Assembly (NCBI GenBank): GCA_032251045.1
Contig: JAVVEW010000001.1
Span: 58,484-122,483 of the forward strand
Direction: 5' to 3'
Source: Methylococcales bacterium
GTDB taxonomy: Bacteria > Pseudomonadota > Gammaproteobacteria > Methylococcales > Methylomonadaceae
Length of the DNA stretch: 64,000 bases
Below are positions 31,096-41,175 of the stretch, piece after piece (the first letter of the stretch is position 1; each line of letters begins with the position of its first letter). The notes beneath the pieces were generated by a model. It made no database searches, had not been told where the DNA came from, and saw only the letters and a list, made by a program, of their open reading frames with translations. The translations under genes and the position numbers were made by a program.

Positions 31096-33708
31096 ATGAC
31101 CCAAGTGATGACCTGCGCCCGGATTCGGGAGGCTTTTCTCAACTTTTTTCAGCGCAACCAGCATGCCCAGGTGCCGTCCAGCTCGCTGGTGCCTGCCGAT
31201 GATCCAACATTGTTGTTTACCAACGCCGGCATGGTGCAATTCAAGGATGTTTTTCTGGGGCGAGAGCAGCGCGGTTATGTGCGCGCCGCCTCCAGTCAGC
31301 GTTGCGTACGCGCCGGCGGCAAGCATAACGATCTGGAAAATGTCGGTTACACCGCGCGCCATCACACGTTCTTCGAGATGCTGGGCAATTTCAGCTTTGG
31401 CGATTACTTCAAACGCGAAGCTATTCATCTGGCCTGGGAATTTCTGACTCGGGAACTGGCTATCCCGGCGGAAAAACTCTGGGTGACCGTCTTCGAGGAA
31501 GATAGCGAGGCGGAAAATATCTGGCTGAATGAAATCGGCGTTGATCCGAAACGGTTTTCGCGTATTGGTGCTAAAGATAACTTCTGGTCCATGGGCGAAA
31601 CTGGCCCGTGCGGGCCGTGCAGTGAAATATTCTACGATCATGGCGACAGTATTGCCGGTGGCCCACCCGGCTCGCCCGATGAAGAAGGCGACCGTTATGT
31701 GGAAATCTGGAATCTGGTGTTCATGCAGTATGACCGGGCGGCCAATGGCGATCTGACGCCGCTGCCTAAACCTTCGGTCGATACCGGCATGGGCCTGGAG
31801 CGTATCGCCGCAGTGATGCAGGGCGTTCATAGTAATTACGACATCGATTTGTTCAAAGGCTTGTTGGCTGCCGGGGCGAAATTGGCCGGGTTGGATCATA
31901 CCGACCACAGCTCGCTACGAGTGCTGGCCGACCATATCCGCTCCAGCGCGTTTTTGATTGCCGATGGCGTGCTGCCCAGCAACGAAGGCCGGGGGTATGT
32001 GCTTAGGCGTATTATTCGTCGAGCAATTCGCCATGGCTACCGGCTGGGCATTCGTGAGGTGTTCTTTTACCAGCTGGTCGCGCCACTGGCCGAAGCCATG
32101 GGCGAGGCCTACCCTGAACTAATCACGCAACAGGCGCAGATAATACGGGTTTTGCAAAAAGAAGAACAGCGCTTCGCCGAAACCCTGGATGCCGGAATGC
32201 GGATTCTGGAAGTCGGCATGGCAAAATTATCGGGCAAGACCATTCCCGGTGATGTGGTGTTTCTTTTGTATGACACTTACGGCTTTCCGGTGGATCTGAC
32301 CGCCGATTATGCTCGTGAACACGGTTTAACCATCGATCACGCCGGATTTGAAACCGAAATGAGCGCTCAAAAACAGCGCGCGCGCGCGGCCAGCCAGTTC
32401 AGCAGCGAGCAAGGCGGCGAGCTGGCCATTAACGGTGGCACTGAGTTTACCGGCTATGACCATCTCGAACAAAACAGCACGATTGTCGGTTTGTTTGCTC
32501 AGGGGCAACCGGTCGATGCTGTGCAAATCGGTGAGGAAGGCGTGATCGTGCTCGATCAATCGTCGTTTTATGGCGAATCCGGCGGTCAGGTTGGTGATCG
32601 AGGCCGTATCGTTACCGATACCGGCGAGTTTCAGGTTACCACCACGCAAAAACAAGGCGACGCCCATCTGCATTACGGCAAGGTCAGTCAAGGACGGATT
32701 ACCGTCAATTCGCAAGCTCAGGGGCAGGTCGATGCCGATTCCCGCCAGGCCACGGCGCGAAACCACTCGGCCACGCATTTGCTGCATGCCGCGCTGCGAA
32801 AGATTCTGGGCAGTCATGTCACGCAAAAAGGCTCGCTGGTCAACAGTCAGCGCCTGCGCTTTGACTTTGCCCATTTCGAGCCGGTCAGCCGGGAGCAGCT
32901 TCGGCAAATTGAAACCGAGGTCAATGCCCAGATTCGCCGGAATCTACCGGTGGCCGCCGAACAAATGAGCAAAGATCAAGCTCTGGAGCACGGCGCGATG
33001 GCGTTGTTCGGGGAAAAATACGGGGATCAGGTCAGGGTGCTGACCATGGGCGATTTTTCCATCGAATTGTGCGGCGGCACACATGTGCAACGTACCGGCG
33101 ATATCGGGCTGTGCAAAATCGTCATGGAAACCGGCGTTGCCTCCGGTGTGCGCCGTATTGAAGCCATCACCGGCGCGGCCGCGTTCGACTATCTTGCAGG
33201 TCTGGAACAGCGTTTGAACGTTTTGGCGGAAAATCTTAAAACCGCGCCCGAACAACTGGTCGATAAGGTGCAGCAACTGCTGGATAAAAATCGTCAGCTC
33301 GACCGGGAACTCAGCCAGCTCAAGAGCCAATTAGCGGCCTCATCCAGCGCCGATCTGGTCAATCAGGCGGTTGATATTCAAGGGATTAAAGTGCTGGCGG
33401 TGGCGATTGACGGCGCGGACGCCAAAACCCTGCGCGAGCTGGCTGATCGGTTGCGTGATCAACTGGGTGCGGCGGTGGTGGTACTGGCGACCACGCAGGG
33501 TGATAAAGTCAGCCTGATCGCCGCCGTTTCCAAAGCCGAAAGCAAGCGCCTGAAAGCCGGCGAGCTGATCGGTCTAGTGGCGGCTAAAGTCGGCGGCAAA
33601 GGCGGCGGCCGGCCCGATATGGCGCAAGCCGGCGGCAATCTGCCTGATAAGCTGCCGGAAGCGCTGGCCTGGGTTCCCGATTGGGTTAAACAACAATTAA
33701 ATGCTTAA
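31096..33708 (+). CDS. alaS: Alanine--tRNA ligase.
   Basis: [15 protein letters not shown] is present and [14 protein letters not shown] is the editing-domain zinc motif. The gene is 870 aa. Confidence 0.95.
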   Translation: MTQVMTCARIREAFLNFFQRNQHAQVPSSSLVPADDPTLLFTNAGMVQFKDVFLGREQRGYVRAASSQRCVRAGGKHNDLENVGYTARHHTFFEMLGNFSFGDYFKREAIHLAWEFLTRELAIPAEKLWVTVFEEDSEAENIWLNEIGVDPKRFSRIGAKDNFWSMGETGPCGPCSEIFYDHGDSIAGGPPGSPDEEGDRYVEIWNLVFMQYDRAANGDLTPLPKPSVDTGMGLERIAAVMQGVHSNYDIDLFKGLLAAGAKLAGLDHTDHSSLRVLADHIRSSAFLIADGVLPSNEGRGYVLRRIIRRAIRHGYRLGIREVFFYQLVAPLAEAMGEAYPELITQQAQIIRVLQKEEQRFAETLDAGMRILEVGMAKLSGKTIPGDVVFLLYDTYGFPVDLTADYAREHGLTIDHAGFETEMSAQKQRARAASQFSSEQGGELAINGGTEFTGYDHLEQNSTIVGLFAQGQPVDAVQIGEEGVIVLDQSSFYGESGGQVGDRGRIVTDTGEFQVTTTQKQGDAHLHYGKVSQGRITVNSQAQGQVDADSRQATARNHSATHLLHAALRKILGSHVTQKGSLVNSQRLRFDFAHFEPVSREQLRQIETEVNAQIRRNLPVAAEQMSKDQALEHGAMALFGEKYGDQVRVLTMGDFSIELCGGTHVQRTGDIGLCKIVMETGVASGVRRIEAITGAAAFDYLAGLEQRLNVLAENLKTAPEQLVDKVQQLLDKNRQLDRELSQLKSQLAASSSADLVNQAVDIQGIKVLAVAIDGADAKTLRELADRLRDQLGAAVVVLATTQGDKVSLIAAVSKAESKRLKAGELIGLVAAKVGGKGGGRPDMAQAGGNLPDKLPEALAWVPDWVKQQLNA

Positions 33709-33724
33709 TTACGGATTTTGATAC

Positions 33725-34951
33725 ATGGCTTTATTCGTCTATAAATTTGGCGGCACTTCCGTCGGCAGCGTGGAACGGATCAAGGCGGTGGCGGACAAAG
33801 TCAATCTGGCCAGGCGGGAAGGTCACCAGATTGTGGTCGTGGTCTCGGCCATGAGCGGGGAAACCAACCGCCTGGTCGATTTGGCCAAGGCCATGCAGGA
33901 TCAGCCGACCTCGCGCGAGATGGACGTGTTGTTAGCCACCGGTGAGCAAGTCACTATTTCCCTGTTGACCATGGCCTTGCACGCGTTGAATTGTCCGGCT
34001 TTTTCCTATACCGGCGGGCAGGCGCGTATTCTGACCGACAGCAGTCATACCAAAGCGCGCATCGTCAATATTGACCAGAAGCGGTTACAGCAGAATCTTG
34101 ACTCGGGCGCGGTGGTGGTGGTGGCCGGCTTTCAAGGCGTGGACGAACATGACAACATCACCACGCTGGGACGCGGCGGTTCCGACACCACCGCGGTCGC
34201 GTTGGCAGCGGCGCTGAAAGCCGATGAATGCTGTATTTTTACCGATGTCGATGGCGTTTACACCACCGACCCCCGGGTGGTTTCCAACGCCCGGCGGCTG
34301 GACAAGATCACCTTCGAGGAAATGCTGGAAATGGCCAGTCTGGGTTCCAAGGTGTTACAGATCCGTTCGGTGGAATTTGCCGGAAAATACAATGTCCCGT
34401 TGCGTGTTCTGTCGTCGTTTACCGAAGGGCAGGGTACTTTGATCAGTTATGAGGAAGAGACTGTGGAACAAGCTTTGATTTCAGGTATTGCCTTTAATCG
34501 CGATGAAGCCAAATTGACGATCACCGGGGTGCCGGATTTGCCCGGCGTCGCGTCAAAAATTTTAGGGCCGGTTGCCGAAGCCAATATCGAAATCGATATG
34601 ATCGTGCAGAATATCGCCGGCGATGACACCACCGATTTTACCTTCACCGTGCATCGCAGTGAATATGCACGAGCGTTGACCATACTGGAAAATACTTGTG
34701 CGCAATTAGGCGCTAAATCCGTGACCGGAGATGACAAAATTGTTAAAGTGTCGCTGGTTGGCGTCGGTATGCGCTCGCACGCAGGTATCGCCAGCACCAT
34801 GTTCAAGGCTCTGGCGGACGAAAATATCAATATCCGCATGATTTCCACCTCGGAAATCAAAATTTCCGTGGTGGTGGATGAAAAATACCTGGAGCTGGCG
34901 GTGCGTGCATTGCACGATGCTTTTGAATTGGAAAAAGCGCCGACGGTCTGA
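33725..34951 (+). CDS. lysC: Aspartate kinase with two C-terminal ACT domains.
   Basis: FVYKFGGTSVGS is at the N-terminus. The gene is 408 aa. Confidence 0.9.
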   Translation: MALFVYKFGGTSVGSVERIKAVADKVNLARREGHQIVVVVSAMSGETNRLVDLAKAMQDQPTSREMDVLLATGEQVTISLLTMALHALNCPAFSYTGGQARILTDSSHTKARIVNIDQKRLQQNLDSGAVVVVAGFQGVDEHDNITTLGRGGSDTTAVALAAALKADECCIFTDVDGVYTTDPRVVSNARRLDKITFEEMLEMASLGSKVLQIRSVEFAGKYNVPLRVLSSFTEGQGTLISYEEETVEQALISGIAFNRDEAKLTITGVPDLPGVASKILGPVAEANIEIDMIVQNIAGDDTTDFTFTVHRSEYARALTILENTCAQLGAKSVTGDDKIVKVSLVGVGMRSHAGIASTMFKALADENINIRMISTSEIKISVVVDEKYLELAVRALHDAFELEKAPTV

Positions 34952-35192
34952 GGTGAGCTGAAGTCCTGAGTTCTGATCATGGTGGACGGATGTTGATGCG
35001 AGCATAACCGGGGGTTGCAGCCATTCTCATTATGAAGATTCCAGTGGACGTTTGTTGTATCAGGTGGCCTGGCAGAAGACGCTGTGAATACGTCATGTAG
35101 GCTTGAGTGAGGCTTCCATTCCGCGCACACGGCTTCTTTAAGCTAGACCCTCGCTCTAGGGAGTAACTCATCTGGAGTCTAAAAAAGACATT

Positions 35193-35300
35193 AGGAGCAC
35201 TTAGTGAGGATGTCGGCAGCATGGATTGCCGTAAAGCCCCTATGGATGGGTTCACGGCATTCCTTGATATGTCGCAAATGCTCAAACTGAGAATGGCTGG
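35193..35300 (+). repeat. Copy B of the same roughly 150-nt non-coding element, about 105 nt upstream of csrA.
   Basis: See copy A. It has the same orientation relative to its downstream gene. Confidence 0.6.
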
Positions 35301-35404
35301 GGATTTTCTACGAAAGGTATACAAACCCGGCACTAATGTTATAATAGCCAGCTTGCTGGTTACGGCAATGAAAGCTGGGTAATACTGATAATAAGGGAGA
35401 AACC

Positions 35405-35596
35405 ATGCTTATCTTGACTCGTCGGGTTGGGGAAACATTGATGATCGGCGATGATGTCACGGTCACGGTGTTGGGTGTCAAAGGCAATCAAGTTCGCATT
35501 GGTGTCAACGCTCCTAAAAATATATCGGTGCACCGCGAAGAAATTTACGAACGTATCAAGAAAGAGCAAGACCTTTCGGATTCTGGATCCGAATAA
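35405..35596 (+). CDS. csrA: Carbon storage regulator CsrA.
   Basis: [38 protein letters not shown] matches along the full length. Confidence 0.95.
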   Translation: MLILTRRVGETLMIGDDVTVTVLGVKGNQVRIGVNAPKNISVHREEIYERIKKEQDLSDSGSE

Positions 35597-35613
35597 CCCG
35601 CAACAAGAAATAT

Positions 35614-35705
35614 GGAGAGTTGGCCGAGAGGCTGAAGGCGCTCCCCTGCTAAGGGAGTATGGGCTTTATCTCCCATCGAGGGTTCGAATCCCTCACTCTC
35701 CGCCA
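35614..35705 (+). tRNA. tRNA-Ser (GCU).
   Basis: GGAGAGTTGGCCGAG...CTGCTAA anticodon loop...long variable arm...GGTTCGAATCC...ACTCTCCGCCA. Confidence 0.85.
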
Positions 35706-35756
35706 TTTTTGTTGACGCAGTAAAAATCAAAAGTTATAATTAAATGCTTACGTTAG

Positions 35757-35833
35757 GCGCCCGTAGCTCAGCTGGATAGAGTACTCGGCTACGAACCGAG
35801 CGGTCGGGAGTTCGAATCTCTCCGGGCGCGCCA
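35757..35833 (+). tRNA. tRNA-Arg (ACG).
   Basis: GCGCCCGTAGCTCAGCTGGATAGAGTACTCGGCTACGAACCGAG...GGGAGTTCGAATCTC TCCGGGCGCGCCA. Confidence 0.85.
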
Positions 35834-35850
35834 ACGCAAAAAAGTTTTAT

Positions 35851-35926
35851 TCCCCTGTAGCTCAGTCGGTAGAGCGGGTGACTGTTAATCACTAGGTCGG
35901 CGGTTCGAGCCCGTCCGGGGGAGCCA
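35851..35926 (+). tRNA. tRNA-Asn (GUU).
   Basis: TCCCCTGTAGCTCAGTCGGTAGAGCGGGTGACTGTTAATCACT...GGTTCGAGCCCGTCCGGGGGAGCCA. Confidence 0.8.
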
Positions 35927-35940
35927 TACAAAACAAGAAA

Positions 35941-35975
35941 GGCTTAGCTGGAGAAATCCACTAAGCCTTTTTTTG
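35941..35975 (+). terminator. Rho-independent terminator after the tRNA cluster.
   Basis: GGCTTAG-CTGGAGAAATCCA-CTAAGCC followed by TTTTTTT. Confidence 0.7.
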
Positions 35976-36112
35976 TGCCTGCTTGAGTACGGCCCAGTGA
36001 TTACGAAAATTGCACCATGATTCGGCCTCTTAAGAAAGCTTAAGATTAAACTCAGAGCTTCCCTAAGTTATACTCGCCTATTGTTTTTTAAGTTTTACTC
36101 AGGAAATAGCCT

Positions 36113-36466
36113 ATGCAAAGTCAGCAGTTATTAGAGCTTGTCACTCATACCTTGGACGAACGTAAAGGTGAGAGAGTTACGGCGTTGGATGTGAAAAGTA
36201 AAACCACCATTACGGATTATATGGTTGTTGCTACCGGGACATCGAGCCGTCACCTTAATGCTTTGGCAGATTATGTGCGCGAGTCGGTAAAGGCGCAGGG
36301 TGTCCAGCCTTGGGGGCAAGAAGGCGGCGTGAGCGCAGAGTGGGTATTGCTGGACTTAGGCGATGTTATTGTGCACTTGTTTACTGAACAAGCGCGAGAA
36401 TTTTATCAGCTGGAGAAACTTTGGTCAGTTGAGCGCGAGGCAGTGGACAGCGTCGAAGTCAGTTGA
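36113..36466 (+). CDS. rsfS: Ribosomal silencing factor RsfS.
   Basis: The ORF aligns with the IojAP family (DYMVVATGTSSRHLNALADYV...VLLDLGDVIVHLF). Confidence 0.85.
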   Translation: MQSQQLLELVTHTLDERKGERVTALDVKSKTTITDYMVVATGTSSRHLNALADYVRESVKAQGVQPWGQEGGVSAEWVLLDLGDVIVHLFTEQAREFYQLEKLWSVEREAVDSVEVS

Positions 36467-36698
36467 ATGTTCTTCAGCAGACTTCGGAACAAAAGGGCAG
36501 GATGGTAGCCGCTAAAAATGCCGCGCCGAACAGGCCTCAATAAGCGATCAGCACGGCAGTATCGAAAAGACGTTCAAGGGATGCGCATTCAGAGCCTTGG
36601 AGCGGGTATGCCGTTAATAACCCCGATGCATTCCAGCACCACTTGTCATGGCCAGCGTTGCGCGGGAATGCAGCGGTAACATTAGATTGAATGTTGCA

Positions 36699-36986
36699 CT
36701 ATTTGAAGCGAGTGGCGACCGATTGGGCAGTTTCGTTGAGGATGTCCAGGGTCAGGTCAATGCCTTTTTTAATGTCTTCCCAAGCCTCTTCGCTGGCATT
36801 TTGTACCTGCTCTAGTTGCGTTTTCAGATTGTTGCGCTTGTTCTTCAGGCTGGATAATTGTTTGTGTATGTCATCCTTGATATCGGCCTTGGCAAGTTCG
36901 GCTTGCACTTCTAACCGGTCAATTTCAGCATTCCATGTGTCGAGTTTGGTTTTTAGCTGGTCAAGGTATTCTTCGCGTCGATTCAT
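36699..36986 (-). CDS. Small coiled-coil protein of unknown function.
   Basis: The gene is 95 aa and charged with heptad-like repeats. The antisense 120-aa ORF is Cys/Ser-rich and implausible. Confidence 0.4.
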   Translation of the reverse strand: MNRREEYLDQLKTKLDTWNAEIDRLEVQAELAKADIKDDIHKQLSSLKNKRNNLKTQLEQVQNASEEAWEDIKKGIDLTLDILNETAQSVATRFK

Positions 36987-37149
36987 TGCTAACTCTATGA
37001 CAAAAAAGGAAACTCATTGTCCATGGCCGGTTGCGGTAGTGTCAAGCATTTAGATTGTTGTGCAGTCGTGTGGCCAGGCAATTGACCTCAGATAGGCCTA
37101 GAGCTGGTCTGTTTTTCTTGCATGACCGCTCATATTGCGAGTGATCGGT

Positions 37150-37300
37150 ATACAATACGCGCCTCAAGGTTCGAGGCGGTTACACGCTTCGTTAAACGGG
37201 AAGCCGGTGCAAAGCCGGCACTGCCCCCGCAACGGTAAGTCAGGTTAAGGTCAGACAGGTAAGCCACTGTGCGTTAAGGCATGGGAAGGCGTTTGGCCCG
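37150..37300 (+). ncRNA. Cobalamin (AdoCbl) riboswitch.
   Basis: AACGGGAAGCCGGTGCAAAGCCGGCACTGCCCCCGCAACGGTAAG...GCCACTG...GGGAAGGC matches the B12 element consensus (GGGAA..GGTG.AA..CC....GC...CCCGC.AC.GTAA / GCCACTG). It sits immediately upstream of btuB. Confidence 0.8.
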
Positions 37301-37477
37301 ATGGCAACATCACCGACCAGTCCGGAGACCGGCCTTGATATCTTCCTGACGCGGCGGTGGGCTGTGCTGATGGCCTGTTTGTCGTGTTTGTTGCCTGTTC
37401 AGGTCGTTCCAGTTGCCATCGTTTGCGTTATTTTTTTAACCCGCGCACGGGTGGTGCGCTGCTTAATTTTATTTCAC

Positions 37478-39319
37478 ATGACGCAAACTTATTTCCCCTT
37501 TTTTACTTACCTACTGGTCGGCGGGTTAGCGCCGATGATCGCTCAGGCGGCGCAGCCGCCAGCGGCACAACCGTCAATGACCGTGACCGCGACGCGTACT
37601 CAGCGAGCCTCCGATTTAGCTTCGACCACGGTCATTACCCGGCAAATGCTGGAACAGCGCCAAATCAATAGCGTCGAAGACGCTTTGCGGGGTCTGGCAG
37701 GTATCAATATCACCAACAGCGGTGGCTTAGGTCAGAATACCTCGGTGTTTATTCGCGGTACCGAGTCCGATCAGGTACTGGTGATGATCGATGGCATTCG
37801 GGTAGGCTCTACCACGGTCGGGGTGACCGCGTTTCAGGATATTCCGATTTATGAAATCGATTCAATAGAAGTCATTCGTGGGCCACGATCCAGTTTGTAT
37901 GGCACCGAGGCCATGGGGGGCATCATCCACATTCATACGCGCAAAGCGGCGCAAAATACCATGCAACCAGAATTCAGCGCCGGTATTGGCAGTCATTTAC
38001 GTTATTTCACCTCGGGGGGTGTTTCCGGTCAGCTCGACAATTCCTGGTATAACATTAACATCACCCATCAGGAGAGTCGTGGCTTTAATGCTTGTAATGG
38101 CGGTTTTGAGTCCGGCTGCTTTGCCATCGATCCGGACGATGATAATCACCGCAATGAATCCGGTTCGATCCGTTTAGGGCACCGCTTTGGCGATGTTTTA
38201 ACGCTGGAGGCGACAGGTTTTGTGTCGGAAGGTAAAACCAGCTTTGACGGTGGGCCGTTTTCGGGGAACAATCTGGATTTTTATCAGCAAGTGGTCGGTG
38301 GTTCGGCCATTTGGGATGTTAATGATTTCTGGACCATGACTTTGCGCGGTGGTCAGAGTGAAGACCGGGGCAATAATAAATTCGACCGGACTTTTGTCAG
38401 TTTTTTCAATACCGAGCGCATTTCTGCGTCCATGCAAAATGATTTTGCTATCACCGATGATCATTTGCTGTCCTTAGGCTATGATTTCTTGCGTGACCGG
38501 GTGGAAAGCACAACGGCATTCACCGAGTCGGCCCGTAACAATCATGCGGTATTCACGCAATATCAAGGACGTTATGACGCCCTGGACTGGGTGTTGGGCT
38601 ATCGCAGCGATTTTAATGATCAGTTCAATCAGTTCAACACCTGGAATGCAGCTGTAGGTTATCAACTGCCTTGGGATTTCAAACTGACGTTTGCTTTTGG
38701 CAAGGCGTTCAAGGCACCAACCTTTAACGAGCTGTACTTCCCCGGGTTTGGCAATGCCGGCCTGAAACCGGAGCGATCGCGCAGCTTTGAACTCGGTCTT
38801 AAAGGTGATCATTTCGGTGTTAACTGGGCGATCAATGGCTATTACACCTACATCGATGACTTGATTGCCTTTGACAGTTTTTTTCTGCCGGAAAATATCA
38901 GTCAGGCGCGGATTCGTGGCATTGAAGCGATGATAGCCAGTCAATGGCAGGGCTTTGACATCAACCTGCAGTTGACGCATCTGAACCCGGAAAACCGCGA
39001 ATCCGGCGGTAACAGCGGCAAACTGCTGCCGCGTCGGGCGGAAAGTACGCTGCGATTGGATGTAGACCGGCGTTTTGGCGATGTCGGTGTTGGCGTAACC
39101 GTGAACGGCGAAGGGCGGCGTTTTGATGATCTTGCCAATACCAATAAAGTATCAGGCTTTGTGACCTTGGATATACGCGGTGAATATCAGCTGCATCAAG
39201 ACTTATTGCTGCAAGCCAAGGTCAATAATCTGCTCAACAAACACTACCAAACCGTGGCTGGCTTCAATACCGATGATCTGAACTTTTTTTTCACGTTGCG
39301 TTACCGGCCAAGTTTTTAA
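37478..39319 (+). CDS. btuB: TonB-dependent vitamin B12 outer-membrane receptor.
   Basis: There is a signal peptide, a TonB box (MTVTATR), a plug domain aligning with E. coli BtuB (VITRQMLEQRQINSVEDALRGLAGINITNSGGLGQNTSVFIRGTESDQVLVMIDGIRV) and a C-terminal aromatic residue. The start was set at MTQTYF. Confidence 0.85.
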   Translation: MTQTYFPFFTYLLVGGLAPMIAQAAQPPAAQPSMTVTATRTQRASDLASTTVITRQMLEQRQINSVEDALRGLAGINITNSGGLGQNTSVFIRGTESDQVLVMIDGIRVGSTTVGVTAFQDIPIYEIDSIEVIRGPRSSLYGTEAMGGIIHIHTRKAAQNTMQPEFSAGIGSHLRYFTSGGVSGQLDNSWYNINITHQESRGFNACNGGFESGCFAIDPDDDNHRNESGSIRLGHRFGDVLTLEATGFVSEGKTSFDGGPFSGNNLDFYQQVVGGSAIWDVNDFWTMTLRGGQSEDRGNNKFDRTFVSFFNTERISASMQNDFAITDDHLLSLGYDFLRDRVESTTAFTESARNNHAVFTQYQGRYDALDWVLGYRSDFNDQFNQFNTWNAAVGYQLPWDFKLTFAFGKAFKAPTFNELYFPGFGNAGLKPERSRSFELGLKGDHFGVNWAINGYYTYIDDLIAFDSFFLPENISQARIRGIEAMIASQWQGFDINLQLTHLNPENRESGGNSGKLLPRRAESTLRLDVDRRFGDVGVGVTVNGEGRRFDDLANTNKVSGFVTLDIRGEYQLHQDLLLQAKVNNLLNKHYQTVAGFNTDDLNFFFTLRYRPSF

Positions 39320-39385
39320 CCGTTAACCACAGACCTTGAAAGTCCCTCTCGGTTGCGAGAGGGGCGAGTAGTCGGGGAGGGCTTT

Positions 39386-40381
39386 ATGATTTTTGCAGGC
39401 ATCAAACGCCAATTGCGTTCTGTCGTTGAATGGCGTCATCCAGCCCCTGATGTCTTGTTCGAGCAATGGACTGACAACGGCGATGAAATCAAAAATGCGT
39501 CGAAGTTGATTGTAGGCCCAGGGCAAGGCTGTATTTTCATTTATGAAGGTGTGGTCAAGGCGGTTATTCAGTCGCCCTGTATGATTGAGTTGCAAACCGC
39601 CAATATCCCGTTCTGGACTACGATCAAGAAAGTCATGCAATTTTTTGTCAGTGAGCACAAGGTGGGGCTTTACTTCTACCGAACCGCTCGCGTGGTCGAC
39701 CAGAAATGGGGCACCACTTCGATGATTAAATATGCCGACCCTCACTACCAGTTTCCCGTCGGTTTACAAGCCTATGGCAATTTCAGCTACCAGATGGCCG
39801 ATGCTGAACGGTTTTTCACCACCCTGGTGGGCGGCCAGGCGCAGTATGGTATCGATGAATTTCGCCAGGTCATGATGGCGCGTATTGTGCATCCACTGAC
39901 CGATTATCTGGCGGAAAGCCGTTTCAGTTATGTTGAAATCGATGCCAATCGAGAAGAAATTGCCGCCAATATGCTGAGTCGACTGGCGCAGACATTCAGT
40001 AAACTGGGTGTGGTGATGACCGATTTTCGTATCGAAGGCACCCATTTTGACCCCGAAACACAACAGCGTATCCAGCGCATTGCCAACGTCATGGCTGATG
40101 CCCAGGCAGCTCAACAGGCCGGGCTGGATTTTGCTCAGTTACAACAATTGGAAGCCATGCGCGATGCGGCGCGTAATGAGAGTGGCGCGGCCGGGGCAGG
40201 CATGGGTATAGGCGCGGGTATTGGCTTTGGCCAGGTCATGTCACAAACCATGACAGCACCTAAGGTCAGTACTGAAGATATCGCGGCAAAACTGGCGCAG
40301 TTAAAGCAATTACACGAAGCAGGCTTGATGACCGCGCAAGAATACGCGGACAAACGTAAAGCCATGATTGATGCGCTGTGA
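39386..40381 (+). CDS. SPFH (Band_7_1 / virion-core-like, YdjI-like) protein with a C-terminal SHOCT domain.
   Basis: The N-terminus MIFAGIKRQLRSVVEW is typical of the family, there is a Gly-rich linker, and the C-terminus DIAAKLAQLKQLHEAGLMTAQEYADKRKAMIDAL is a SHOCT domain. Confidence 0.6.
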   Translation: MIFAGIKRQLRSVVEWRHPAPDVLFEQWTDNGDEIKNASKLIVGPGQGCIFIYEGVVKAVIQSPCMIELQTANIPFWTTIKKVMQFFVSEHKVGLYFYRTARVVDQKWGTTSMIKYADPHYQFPVGLQAYGNFSYQMADAERFFTTLVGGQAQYGIDEFRQVMMARIVHPLTDYLAESRFSYVEIDANREEIAANMLSRLAQTFSKLGVVMTDFRIEGTHFDPETQQRIQRIANVMADAQAAQQAGLDFAQLQQLEAMRDAARNESGAAGAGMGIGAGIGFGQVMSQTMTAPKVSTEDIAAKLAQLKQLHEAGLMTAQEYADKRKAMIDAL

Positions 40382-40384
40382 CCG

Positions 40385-41044
40385 ATGCACCGTTGTCATG
40401 CCTGTTCGGCTCCCTTGCCCGCCAACAGCAATCGATGCCGATATTGCAACACCCGCAATGATGTCGATTTGCACGGTAAACATGAATTTGTCACGCTGGC
40501 AGCAGCATCGCCGCGAACGTGTCCGCATTGCGCCTGTCATTTGCAAACCATCAAGCTGGCGCTGAACGATAACCAGGGTGAGTTATTACTGGAACGGTGT
40601 GCGCGGTGTTTTGGTTTGTTTTTTGACCCGGGTGAAATCGAGCGTGTATTGGAAAGTGCGGTCTCGCCTGTTTTCGATATCAACCCCAAGTTACTGGATG
40701 CGATCAATGATGAGCGTTATCCAGGGCGTCGGCACAAGGTTAAATATATTCGTTGTCCGGTTTGTCAGCATTTCATGCGCAGAATTAACTACGGCTATCG
40801 CAGTGGCGTGGTGATCGACCGATGCAACGCTCACGGTATCTGGTTAGATAATGGCGAAATCACCCATTTGATGGAATGGCGCAAAGCCGGCGGTACTTTG
40901 CTGGCCGAAGCGAAAGCATCCGCTATGGCGGCCAAGCCTGCGCTTAAATCATCGCGTCCGTTGCCTTCTGCCGATTTTAGGGAGCACTCAGAACTGGACT
41001 TGCTGGATAATCTGGTCACGCTGCTTGGCAAATTGTTCAAATAA
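40385..41044 (+). CDS. TFIIB-type zinc-ribbon protein (YdjG-like).
   Basis: There are several CxxC pairs (CHACSA, CRYCNT, CPHCAC, CARCFG, CPVCQH, CNAHG). It starts 4 nt after the SPFH gene. Confidence 0.55.
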   Translation: MHRCHACSAPLPANSNRCRYCNTRNDVDLHGKHEFVTLAAASPRTCPHCACHLQTIKLALNDNQGELLLERCARCFGLFFDPGEIERVLESAVSPVFDINPKLLDAINDERYPGRRHKVKYIRCPVCQHFMRRINYGYRSGVVIDRCNAHGIWLDNGEITHLMEWRKAGGTLLAEAKASAMAAKPALKSSRPLPSADFREHSELDLLDNLVTLLGKLFK

Positions 41045-41175
41045 GCGCAGCCTCTGAACGGGGGCGAGCAGGAAAATCAGTTATAGTTAGGGGTTTCAGC
41101 CTGGCAGGTCACGGCGACGAGCAGGCTGTAGCGCTTCATTAACGGCAACAGACAAGGCAAGGAAACAAAGACAGC

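Noticed and set aside
35545-35931. Minus-strand ORFs 35545..35730 and 35740..35931.
   Set aside because: They overlap the three tRNA genes, and tRNA secondary-structure symmetry generates open frames.
36691-37053. 120-aa plus-strand ORF opposite the coiled-coil gene.
   Set aside because: The product is Cys/Ser/Leu-rich and low-complexity. The minus-strand product is a plausible charged coiled coil. The downstream sequence is the cobalamin riboswitch.
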